Source: Chiloscyllium plagiosum (lineage: Eukaryota). Taken from it: 38,304 nucleotides of DNA. The translations under genes were made by a program, and so were the position numbers. Positions 24,911 through 34,632 of the stretch are shown here, one piece after another. Each line of letters opens with the position of its first letter. Position 1 is the stretch's first letter. The notes under the pieces were generated by a model, which made no database searches, had not been told where the DNA came from, and saw only the letters and a program-made list of their open reading frames with translations. The stretch covers positions 26,445,371 through 26,483,674 of the forward strand of contig NC_057720.1 in the NCBI RefSeq assembly GCF_004010195.1, written 5' to 3'.

Positions 24911-24980
24911 GTAAATTGTTTATTTAGACTTTAGTAAAGCCTGTGATTAGATTCTGCACAGTAGACTAATTAATAAAGTT

Positions 24981-25193
24981 GAAAAATGTGGCACTAGTAA
25001 AGCACAACTGGTCAGGCAGCATCTGAGGAGCAGGAAAATCGACATTTCGGGCAAAAGCCCTTCATCAGGAATGTGGGCCCACATTCTTGATGAAGGGCTT
25101 ATGCCTGAAACATCGATGATGCCTGACCTGTGTTTTTCCAGCGCCACAATTTTCGATTCTGATCTCCAACATCTGCAGTCCTCACTTTCTCCT
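24981..25193. mobile_element. PLE-derived palindromic miniature element
   Basis: Centre TCATCAGGAATGTGGGCCCACATTCTTGATGA. CTAATTAATAAAGTT at 24966-24980 and 25192-25206. Confidence 0.92.
25037..25072 (-). ncRNA. Minimal type-I hammerhead ribozyme motif (core intact, weak stem I)
   Basis: AUUC CUGAUGA A GGGC UUUU GCCC GAAAU GUC GAUU. Confidence 0.6.
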
Positions 25194-26501
25194 AATTAAT
25201 AAAGTTATATGACAAGGCTTTCAGGGTGACCTTGCCAACTGGCTACAAAATTGTTTGGAGATGGAGGGTTGTTTTTAAAACTGGAGGCCTTTGATCAGCG
25301 GTGTTCCACAGGGATCATACTGGGTGCACTTTTGATTGTCGTTAGTAGAAATAATTCAGATGAGAGTATATGAGGTATGGCTAGTAAGTTTGTGGATGAC
25401 AGCAAAATTGGTGGCATAGTGGACAGTGAAGAAGGTTTCCAAAATTACAAAGTGAACTTCATCAATGGGTCAATGGGCTGGGGAATGGCAGATGGAGTCT
25501 AATTTGGATAAATGAGAGGTATTGCATTTTGGTAATACAAACAAGGACAGGACTTATACAATTGAAAACAGGATATTGGATAGTGTTGTAGAACAGCGAG
25601 ACCTAGGAGTTCAAGTACATAATTCTTTGAAGTTTGCATCATATATAGGGTAGTTGAGAAGCCATTTAGCATGCTTGCCTTCATTGTTCAGACTTTTGAG
25701 TACAGGAGTTGGGACATCATGTTGAGGTTGTACAGGATGTTGATGAGGCCTCTCCTGGAGTACTGCGTGCAGTTCTGGCTCCATTGTTATTGGAAGGATA
25801 TCCTTAAATTGGAGAATGTTCAGAAAAGATTTACCAAGATATTGCCAGAAATGGAGGATTTGAGATATAAAAAATAGGCTGGAACATTTTTTACCATGGT
25901 GTAGGAGGTTGAGGGATGACCATATAGAAGTTTATAAAATCATGAGGGACATAGAGAAGGTGAATAGCAAAGGTCTTTTCCCTAAGGTGGAGGGGTTCAA
26001 AACTAGGGGGCATACTTTTAAAGTGAGAGCAGAAAAATTGAAAAAGGACATGAATGGCAATGCTTTTTTTTGTGGAGTGGTTACTATGTGAAATGAGGAA
26101 GTGATGGATCAAGGTACAATTACAACATTTAAAAGACATATGGATAACCACATGAACTGGAAAGGTTTGGAGAGATATGGGCCAAACACAGGCAGATGGG
26201 ACTAGTTTAGTTTAGGAACATAGTTGTTGTGGACTAGTTAGACCAAAGGGTCTGTTTCCATGCTGTATGCGTCTATGACTCCAAGCAGAAATGATATGCA
26301 ATATAAGTTAAAATAGTAAAATGTAAATGTTGAAAAAAAGGAAAAGCTGTATGTGAAAAAATGAAGGAAAGGATTAAACATTATTATTACTTCCTTCTTT
26401 TCAGTATTGTTTAAAAATACAGAATCAGAGTATTTACAGCATAGAAAGAGGTCCTTTAGCCCATTGGTCCATGCTGTTCATTAAACATTTTATTCCAGTC
26501 A

Positions 26502-27559
26502 CATAGAGTCATAGAGGTGTACAGCATGGAAACAGACTCTTCGGTCCAACCTGTCCATGCCGAACAGATATCCCAACCCAATCTAGTCCCACCTGCCAGC
26601 ACCCAGCCCATATCCCTCCAAACCCTTCCTATTCATATACTCATCCAAATGCCTTTTAAATGTTGCAATTGTACCAGCCTCCACCACATCCTCTGGCAGC
26701 TCATTCCATACACGAGCCATGCTCTGCGTGAAAAGGTTGCCCCTTAGGTCTCTTTTATATCTTTCCCCTCTCACCCTAAACCTATGCCCTCTAGTTCTGG
26801 ACTCCCCGACCCCAGAGAAANNNNNNNNNNNNNNNNNNNNNNNNNNNNNNNNNNNNNNNNNNNNNNNNNNNNNNNNNNNNNNNNNNNNNNNNNNNNNNNN
26901 NNNNNNNNNNNNNNNNNNNNNNNNNNNNNNNNNNNNNNNNNNNNNNNNNNNNNNNNNNNNNNNNNNNNNNNNNNNNNNNNNNNNNNNNNNNNNNNNNNNN
27001 NNNNNNNNNNNNNNNNNNNNNNNNNNNNNNNNNNNNNNNNNNNNNNNNNNNNNNNNNNNNNNNNNNNNNNNNNNNNNNNNNNNNNNNNNNNNNNNNNNNN
27101 NNNNNNNNNAGATCCTGTTGTAATCTGAGGTAACCTTCTTCGCTGTCCACTACACCTCCAATTTTGGTGTCTTCTGCAAACTTACTAACTGTACCTCTTA
27201 TGCTCGCATCCAAATCATTTATGTAAATGACAAAAAGTAGAGGACCCAGCACCGATCCTTGTAGCACTCCACTGGTCACAGGCCTCCAATCTGAAAAACA
27301 ACCCTCCACCACCACCCTCTGTCTTCTACCTTTGAGCCAGTTGTGTATCCAAATGGCTAGTTCTCCATGTATTCCATGAGATCTAACCTTGCTAATCAGT
27401 CTACCATGGGGGAACCTTGTCAAATGCCTTACTGAAGTCCATATAGATCACATCTACTGCTCTGCCTCATCAATCTTCTTTGTTACTTCTTCAAAAAACT
27501 CAGTCAAGTTTGTGAGACATGATTTCCCTCACAGAAAACCGTGCTGACTATCCCTAATC
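26502..27559 (-). mobile_element. HER1-like CR1, 5'-truncated, spanning assembly gap 26821-27109
   Basis: [24 protein letters not shown]...SKFAEDTKIGG. 3' end near-identical to 5500-5750. Confidence 0.93.
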
Positions 27560-27574
27560 TGGCCTGTATGTCTT

Positions 27575-28610
27575 GTAAGTCTATCTAAATACTTCTCCAA
27601 TATCTTGAGGTCTCCCACCTATATTACATTTTCAGGCAGTGAGTTCCAAATTTTCACAACCCTCTAGATGAAAATATTTTTACTCAAACCTCCTCTTCTA
27701 AGCCTCCTACTCCTTCCCTTAAAGTGTGTCCCTGGCTATTGAACAGTCTTCTAAGCAGAATAGTTCTTCCATATCTACCCTAACTATGCTCCTCAAAACT
27801 TTGTAAAACTCAATTAAATCCCCCTTCAACCTTCACTGTTTTAATGAAAACCACCTTGGACTATCTAGTCTCTCTTAATAGCTGAATCACAGCAATTCAG
27901 GCAGCATCATGATAAATCCCTTCTGCACTCCCTGTAACATAATTACATCCCTCCTATTGTGTGCCAAAAAGAACTGCACACAGTACTTCAGCTCGGGGCT
28001 AACTAACATTACATACAGCTCTATTGTAACCTGCTCGCTCTTGTATTCAATGCCTTGTCTAATAAAGGCAAGTATCCCATCTCATTCAACTAACTTATCT
28101 ACCTGTCGTGCTGTTGTCAATGACCTTCGGGTGTGCACACTGAAGTCCCTCTGATACAAAAAGTCAACTGAACTAATGTCTGATTCCAGTGACCCTTCTT
28201 CAGGCTGAAACTGCTCTGCTCTCTCTCCACAGACACTGCCAGGATCCAGATGAAGTATTGTGAGCAGTTTTACTTTGAAGGTCCCTCTGATGCTCTATAC
28301 TTCTTGGGGTTCGAACATTCCGATTGTACTCCCTTGCCTTGTTAGATCCCAAAAATGGATCACCTCACACCTGTCAAGATTAAATTCCATTTGCCATTGT
28401 TAAGTCGGTTGTACCAGCCCTGCTACATAGTCCTGTCATCTAAGGCTTTCCTGCTCGCTTTTTAACACACTGCCAATTTTTGCGTCAATGGCAAACTTAC
28501 TGATCCAACCTCCAATATTCTAGATCATTAGTATATACAACAAACAGCAAGGGATCCAGCACTGAATTCTGTGGCATGCCACAGGACACAGACTTCCGGT
28601 AATTAAATAA
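27575..28610 (-). mobile_element. Old CR1 fragment with a PLE insert at 28156-28275
   Basis: Minus-strand LVSPELKYCVQF, SKFA and LGSLLFVVY motifs. TGAAG(G)TCCCTCTGAT is duplicated at 28141-28155 and 28276-28291 around the insert. Confidence 0.75.
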
Positions 28611-28920
28611 AAACCTTTGTTAGAATCAGATAGTACAGAAAAGGCCCTTCAGCCCGTCGTGTCTGTACTCCCAAAAATATACCACTACCTGCCCTTGTTC
28701 CACTTTATTGCTATTTGAAACACCCTAATGGAACTTACAGGTCCTTTATTTCAGAATCCAAGGGTAGCAACAGAACATAAGGAGGGCAGAGAACACTGAA
28801 CGGAGAATTCACCACAAAGGTATACAGGAAAGCCACACACACAGACCAAGTCCTGAATTATGAAAGCAACCACCCCAACACACACAAACGAAGTTGCACG
28901 CCGAGCTGGCAGTTTTTGTT

Positions 28921-28960
28921 GCAAACGTTTCGTCCCCTGTCTCGGTGACATCCTCAGTGC
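28921..28960 (-). ncRNA. Minimal type-I hammerhead ribozyme motif, intact core
   Basis: GCA CUGAGGA U GUCACC GAGACA GGGGAC GAAAC GUU UGC. Stem I GCA/UGC, stem II GUC/GAC plus CC/GG, palindromic stem III. Confidence 0.75.
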
Positions 28961-29365
28961 TTGGGAGCCTCCTGTGAAGTGCTTCTGTGGTGTTTCCTCC
29001 GGCATTTATAGTGGCTTGTCCCTGCCGCTTCCGGTTGTCAGTTTCAACTGTCCGCTGTAGTGGTTGGTTTATTGGGTCCAGGTCGATGTGTTTGTTGGTG
29101 GAGTTTGTGGATGAGTGCCATGCTTCTAGGAATTCCCTGGCTGTTCTTTGTTTCGCTTGCCCTATATTGGTAGTGTTGTCCCAGTCGAATTCATGTTGCT
29201 TGTTGTCTGCGTGTGTGGCTACTAGGGATAGCTGGTCGTGTCGTTTCGTGGCTAGTTGATGTTCGTGGATGCGGATCGTTGAAACTGACAACCGGAAGCG
29301 GCAGGGACAGGCCACTATAAATGCTGGAGGAAACACCACAGAAGCGCTTCACAGGAGGCTCCCAA

Positions 29366-29405
29366 GCACTGAGGATGTCAACTAGACAGAGGACGAAACG
29401 TTTGC
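29366..29405 (+). ncRNA. Minimal type-I hammerhead ribozyme motif, intact core
   Basis: GCA CUGAGGA U GUC AACUAGACAGAG GAC GAAAC GUU UGC. Confidence 0.72.
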
Positions 29406-29489
29406 AACAAAAATTTCCAGCTCGGCGAAAAGAACCACAACAACAAGCACCCGAGCTACAAATCTTCTCCCAAACTTTGAATGTGGTAG

Positions 29490-29850
29490 AAATTCCCCCT
29501 GATCTAGTCCTAAGTGGCTAACCTCTTGGTGTGAGGCTATGACCCTATGTTTTAGATTCAACAGCCAGAAAAAAACATTTACTCTTTCTATACTGTCAAA
29601 TTCCTTACAAACTGTGTATATTTCAACAAGATCACCAGTAAAATTTCCAAATTCCAGGAAATATTGGTCAAGATGACTCAATCTTTCCTCAGATAGCTAT
29701 CCACCTCATTCCAGGAGCCACAGAGGTATGAACCTTTATTACACTCCTTCTTTGAAAGGCATTAAGTCCTTCTTTAGATAAAGAGGCCAAAATTGCTAAT
29801 TTTACTCCTGACATGGTCCAACCACTTCCTTGTACAGTTGCGACAAAAGC
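29490..29850 (-). mobile_element. Old CR1 fragment
   Basis: GDLVEIYTVCKEFD resembles GDLIEVYKI.KG.D. Confidence 0.55.
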
Positions 29851-29954
29851 TCTTTGGAAATGCTGAAGGTGGAAATCTGAAATAAAGACAGAAATGCCAG
29901 AAATATTCAACAGGTACAGCAACATCTGCAGTGAGTGAAATGATCACTTTTTGT

Positions 29955-30175
29955 CATAAAGACCCATGGTATTCAACACTGTCCTTCAGCAAATGAAATC
30001 TACCATCTCTACCTGGCCTGTGACTCCAGACCCACAGCAATCACCCTCAGTGACTGACTCTTAACTACTCTCAGAAATAGGCTGGTGAGCTATTCAATTC
30101 AAGGGCAGGTAGTGACACGTAATAAATGCTATCTTGTGAGTGATGTCCACATCCCATGAAAGAATTTTTTAAAAA
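29955..30175 (+). mobile_element. 3' half of the SINE family seen at 8389-8683
   Basis: ACCTGGCCTGTGACTCCAGACCCACAGCAAT...AATAAATGCT...CCACATCCCATGAA. Confidence 0.65.
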
Positions 30176-30208
30176 CTCAACCTGTCTATACACTTGTGTC
30201 CTTCTCCT

Positions 30209-30508
30209 GGGCAGCACGGTGGCTCAGTGGTTAGCATTGCTGCCTCACAGCACCTGGGTCTCAGGTTCAATCCCAGCCTCGGGTGACCGTCTGTACGGAG
30301 TTTGCACTTTCTTCCTGTGTCTGCGTGGGTTTGCTCCGGTTTCCTCCCACAGTCCAAAGATATGTGGGTCAGGTGAATTAGCTGTGATAAATTGCCCATA
30401 GTATTAGATGCATTAGTCAGAGGGACATGGGTCTGAGTGGGTTACTCTTTGGAGAGACAGTATAGACTCGTTGGGTTGAAGGGCATGTTTCTACATTGTA
30501 GCTAATCA
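30209..30508 (+). mobile_element. HE1 SINE (V-SINE family), full length
   Basis: A box TGGCTCAGTGG (30220-30230), B box GGTTCAATCCC (30264-30274), V-domain and HER1-type tail. Confidence 0.93.
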
Positions 30509-30564
30509 TATTTTCCAATATTTCGTGTCATTGCAAATCCTGGTTAATTTGAGGCACTAAACAT

Positions 30565-32197
30565 ACCATGGAGAAAGACTTGGGAACTTGGGAGGCTAGA
30601 GGTTATATCTTGGGGACAGTCAATATCACAGTAGAGGAGGTGTTAGATGTATCAGAATGTACAAAGGTGAAAAATACCTTGGTCCTGACCAGAGATATCC
30701 AACAACACTGCAAGAGGCTAGGGAAGAAATTGCAGGAGCCCAGTTTGACACTTTTGCATCAGACTGGAGGGTAGCAAATGTTGTGCCATTATTCAAGGAG
30801 GGTTGCAAAGAAAAACCTGGGATCTATAGACCAGTAAGCTTAATATCTGTGGTGGGTAAGTTACTTGAGAAGATTCTGAGAGAAAAGATACACATCCACT
30901 TGGAAAGACAGGGTTTGATGAGGAGTAGTCAACATGGCTTTGTGAGTGGGAGATCATGCCTCACAAATTTGTTAGAGTTATTTTAAGTGACCAGGAAGGT
31001 GGTCGAGGGCAGGACAGTAGATGTAGTCTGTATGGATTTCAGTAAGACCTTTGATAAGGTTCCACATGCTAGGCTGTTCTGGAAGGTTAGATCACATAGA
31101 TTCCAGGGTGAGCTGACAAATTTGATACAAAATTGATTTGATGGTAGAAGCAGAGGGTAATAGTGGAAGGATGCTTGTCAGACTGGAGGCCTGTGACTAC
31201 TGGAGTGCCTCAGGGGTCAGTGGTGGGCCCTTTACTTTTTGTTATCTATATCAATGATTTGAATGAGAATGTACATGATTAGTAAGTTGTAGATAGTACC
31301 TTGAACAGTGAGGAAGGTTATCAGAAATTACAGCAGGACCTTGATCAGCTGAAAAGTGGGCGGGAAATGGCAAATGGAGTTTAATATAGATAAATGTAAG
31401 GTCTGGCATTTTGGGAAGTCGAATCAAGATAGGAGTTCCATGTGAATGGTAGGGCCTTAAAAAGTGTAATGGAACAGAGGAATCTTGGAGTTCAGGTTCA
31501 TAGTTCTCTGACAGTGATGGCACAGGTAGGCAGGGCAGGGAAGAAGGCTTTTAGCACACTGGCCTTCATGAGTCAGGATATGGAGTATAGACGTTGGGAA
31601 GTTATGTTGCAGATATACAGGACATTGGTGAGGCCGCACTTGGAGTACTGTATTCAATTTTGGTCACCTTGTTTACAGGAAGGACATTATTGAACTGGAA
31701 AGAATGCAGAAGAAATTTACAAGGATGTTGCCAGGACTCAAGAGTCTGAGTAAAACGGACGTTGGACAAGCTAGGACTTTTTTCTTTAGAACTTAGGAGA
31801 CTGAGGGGGTTGTAGAGGTGTATAAGATCATAAGAGGCATATAAGATCATAAGAGGCATGAATAGGGTGAATGCACTCAGTCTTTTTCCCAGGGTTGGGA
31901 ATCGAGGAGTAGGGGGCATCAGTTTAAGGTTAGAGGAGAAAGAATAAAAGGGAACCTGAGGGGCACTTTTTTTAAAAAGGGAGGATGACACACATATGGA
32001 ATGAGCTGCCAACAGAAGTGGTTGAGGCAGGTACATTAACAACATTTAAAAGGCATTTGGACAAGTACATGGATATGAAAGAATTAGAAGCATCTGGGGC
32101 AAGTGCAGGGAAATGGGGTTAGCGTGGACATTTTGATTGGCATGGATTAATTTGAGCCAAAGGGCCTGTCTCTGTGTTGAAGGACTCTATGATTCTA
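30565..32197 (+). mobile_element. 5'-truncated CR1 LINE, same family as 4495-6895
   Basis: DWRVANVVPLFKEG..KPGIYRPVSLISVVGK..QHGFVSGRSCLTNL, GVPQGSV, YRTLVRPHLEYC, and a CTCTATGATTCTA tail. Confidence 0.93.
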
Positions 32198-32655
32198 CAT
32201 GAGAAAGGAACTATACCACGGTGCTATCAGGTCACATCACTCGAGGTCTGCAGGGCTCCAGATAAGATGCCCTCTGTTACTACCCCTCCACATTTAATTT
32301 ATGTTCAACAAAGTCTGTTACTACTGTTCACTCAAGAATTTAAAACTCTTAATTCTACACCACCGTAACAATGAGCAAACTTCAAAGTAAAAATCTTAAA
32401 GTGAAACCTAGTAATGGTTAATTGCAGGGCCAGTTCCAGGAATCCACACCAAGAGAAGGGGAAATACCCAAAACAAAGCTCAGGAATGGACAATCTAGCT
32501 GGTAGATGATTACCAAAATGGAAACTTGAAAGATAAATACAGAGGCCGGTATCACATTGCCGTCACTCTTTATTAAGTTACATACAGTACACCATCTGCG
32601 GCCAGTCAGCTCAAGAGTCAGACTCCTGAACTGAGGAGAATCCATATCCCAGTTT

Positions 32656-32869
32656 TTTTTTTTCATTTTTCTTTTTTTTTCTTTTTTTTAGTGCTGTGTG
32701 ATCAAAACAGTGAAGGGAAGGGTAGGGACTAAATAAAAATAGAGTTGGAGGGAGAAATGATGCACTCCACTCCCTGCGGCGCCCACCTCTCCCTGAACAA
32801 CTCCAGGGAGTTGGTCGACACCGCGTGCTCCTTCTCCAAGGACACCCGGGCTCTAACGTAACCGCGGAA
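32656..32869 (-). mobile_element. 5'-truncated L1/Tx1-type LINE 3' end with poly(A) tail
   Basis: Minus strand FRGYVRARVSLEKEHAVSTNSLELFRERWAPQGVECII. Poly(T) run at 32653-32689. ATATCCCAGTTT at 32644-32655 and 32870-32881. Confidence 0.8.
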
Positions 32870-32964
32870 ATATCCCAGTTTATATTGGCCAGCCAGGGCG
32901 GTCCCAATTAGCCCAGGTTAACAACCCCAATCAAGGACTTTGCTGTTAATGAGGTCCACCTGGT

Positions 32965-33092
32965 ATGAATAAAGTTTTCTACACTCGTTGTTTCTTCACT
33001 GTGTCCGACACCTACATGTACATGATACGGTTGCTGGGGAGAAATAAGCACTACCGCTGTTGCCGTTAGTGTAGGGAGAAAGAGAAAATCAA
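32965..33092 (+). mobile_element. 128-bp retroposed insert with perfect 17-bp TSD
   Basis: AATGAGGTCCACCTGGT at 32948-32964 and 33093-33109. Purine/A-rich 3' end. Confidence 0.8.
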
Positions 33093-34046
33093 AATGAGGT
33101 CCACCTGGTTCCAATCACTAGACCTGTTAGGGGTTTGACATTCTGAAGTGGATTTTACATTGCAAGATGAAGTGCCTTTTGCTGGCAGATTAAAGTTTGC
33201 AAACGAAACAGGTCTTTTATGCAAAAGAACAGAAAATGCACTAGACTCCAGGGACAGTCCTGTTCATCAATTAGAAAGTTACTATTGGGCCAGCACAATG
33301 GGCAAACATAATGGGAAGAAAGCACTGGTGATGAGCAACATTGCTTATTGTCTGTGTTGTAATGGGGAGAAGCCCACATTATTGTAGCCCTTGCCTACCA
33401 TAGGATAAGCTTTTTTCAGGTGGTTTGCTGAAATAGCAAGATGAAAATGCAATCTCTAATTAGAAAGCTTAAATTCAGAACATGTTGGTTTGCAGCAGTA
33501 CATGAAGTAGATGTCTCAAGGACCAAGATGAATAGATGCATTCTTCTTGCGTGAAGAATTATAACCTGTGAAACAAACTTCTTGTATGTAGGCAGTTTAG
33601 CAAATGGCAGAAAAAAGCTAATTTCAAATTGGGGATATATTGGTTCTATCAGATGCTATGAGAAAGGGATTATTCAGACCATTGTGATTAAGAATCATGA
33701 TTAATTGTTATATTATTATTTGGAAAATTGGGTTCGAAAGTGGACATATAACATTACATTTGATTCTTATATAAAGGAAGGACCTAGTTATAATTTAACA
33801 TTTCAGTCCTGGAAGTGGTAATAAGTGTCTGACATTTTGATTAGTTTAGCACTTTGCTAACAAGAGGTGAAGAGAAAAAAAATGTGCTCTGTTGCATAGA
33901 AACAAGGTGCCCTATGAAACAAGAAGACAAAAGATAGAAACTAGGGCAACATACCCTGAAGAAGAATCATACCAGACTCAAAATGTTAACTCTGTTCATC
34001 TCTCCACCAGATGCTGTCAAACCTATTGGCGTTCTCTATTTAGGAA

Positions 34047-34193
34047 GTGGAGGTGTCAGTGTTGAACTGGGATGGACAGGGTCAGAAGTCACATGATTAA
34101 AGTCCAACAGATTTGTTTGAAATCGCAAGCTTTCAGAGTGCTGCGATTTCAAATAAACCTGTTGGACTGTAATCTGGTGTCGTGTGACTTCTG
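34047..34193. mobile_element. PLE-derived fold-back (family of 1526/16067)
   Basis: AGTCCAACAGATTTGTTTGAAATCGCA pairs with TGCGATTTCAAATAAACCTGTTGGACT. The centre contains part of the hammerhead (AAGCTTTC). Confidence 0.8.
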
Positions 34194-34490
34194 TTTATGT
34201 TAAAGATCAAAACTAGTTCTTCAACAGAAAGCCAGAGAAACATCCAGTAGCTCAGTGATTGTGCAGGCATCTTTCAGAGAGTAAAGGCCTGCACCAGCAG
34301 TAGTGCACCTCAATAGTCAGCACAGGAGAAAAATATCCTGAGAAGTTCCAGAAACAATAGACTGTGGCAAAGGAGTCTAAAGTACTGATGTTGAAAAATA
34401 AGTGATCTGTGTTAGCTCGTTTAGAATCTCAGGCAGAGACATGGACTGAAGAAATACTATCAAATTAATGTACAGGGCTTCGGATAATTA

Positions 34491-34632
34491 GTGTCGAGAA
34501 TGGTGCTGGGAAAGCATAGCAGGTCAGGCAGCATCCGAAATGTTGATTCTCCTGCTCCTCGGATGCTGCTTGATCTGCTGTGCTTATCCAGCACCACACT
34601 CTCAACTCTGATCTCCAGCATCTGCACTTTCT
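34491..34632. mobile_element. PLE-derived palindromic miniature element
   Basis: Inverted arms join at CCGAAATGTTGATT. GCTTCGGATAATTA (34477-34490) / GCTTCTGGTAATGA (34633-34646). Confidence 0.85.

Larger units (their letters stand above)
24124..26281 (+). mobile_element. 5'-truncated CR1 LINE interrupted by two PLE inserts
   Basis: KPGN.RLVSLT, QH.FV.GKSCLTNL, LDFSKA.D, LYRMLMRPLLEYCVQFW, and a TCTATGACTC tail. Confidence 0.92.
28788..29481. mobile_element. Penelope-like insertion in three segments: RT thumb (+), GIY-YIG to pLTR (-), pLTR (+)
   Basis: Plus 28790-28897 GEFTTKVYRKATHTDQVLNYESNHP. Minus 28899-29280 RIHEHQLATKRHD..AREFLEAWHS. 150-bp inverted arms at 28899-29048 and 29278-29427. 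Confidence 0.92.
32527..33122 (-). mobile_element. Short solo LTR (Gypsy-like, ~220 bp net) carrying two insertions
   Basis: With inserts removed, the minus strand runs T(C)TAGTGATTGG...CCAATATAAA...AATAAAGAGTGAC...TTTCA, i.e. TATA, polyA signal and CA end in order. Confidence 0.6.

Noticed and set aside
26719..27423. Long ORFs across 26821-27109
   Set aside because: Inflated by the N gap; the real part is CR1 RT.
28809..29339. 176-aa ORF as a novel nuclease gene
   Set aside because: Chimera of an inverted pLTR, the GIY-YIG C-terminus and antisense RT. It lacks the GIY-YIG N-terminus.
30209..30285. tRNA gene (also 19400-19478 and 8389-8480)
   Set aside because: The A and B boxes belong to SINE heads, which continue into SINE body and tail.
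13455..34632. Recurring palindromic repeats as a CRISPR array or DNA-transposon MITEs
   Set aside because: They are dispersed rather than regularly spaced, in a eukaryotic context. The arms are asymmetric, the TSDs are long, and the sequence equals the 3' end of the coding Penelope fragment at 24373-24910.
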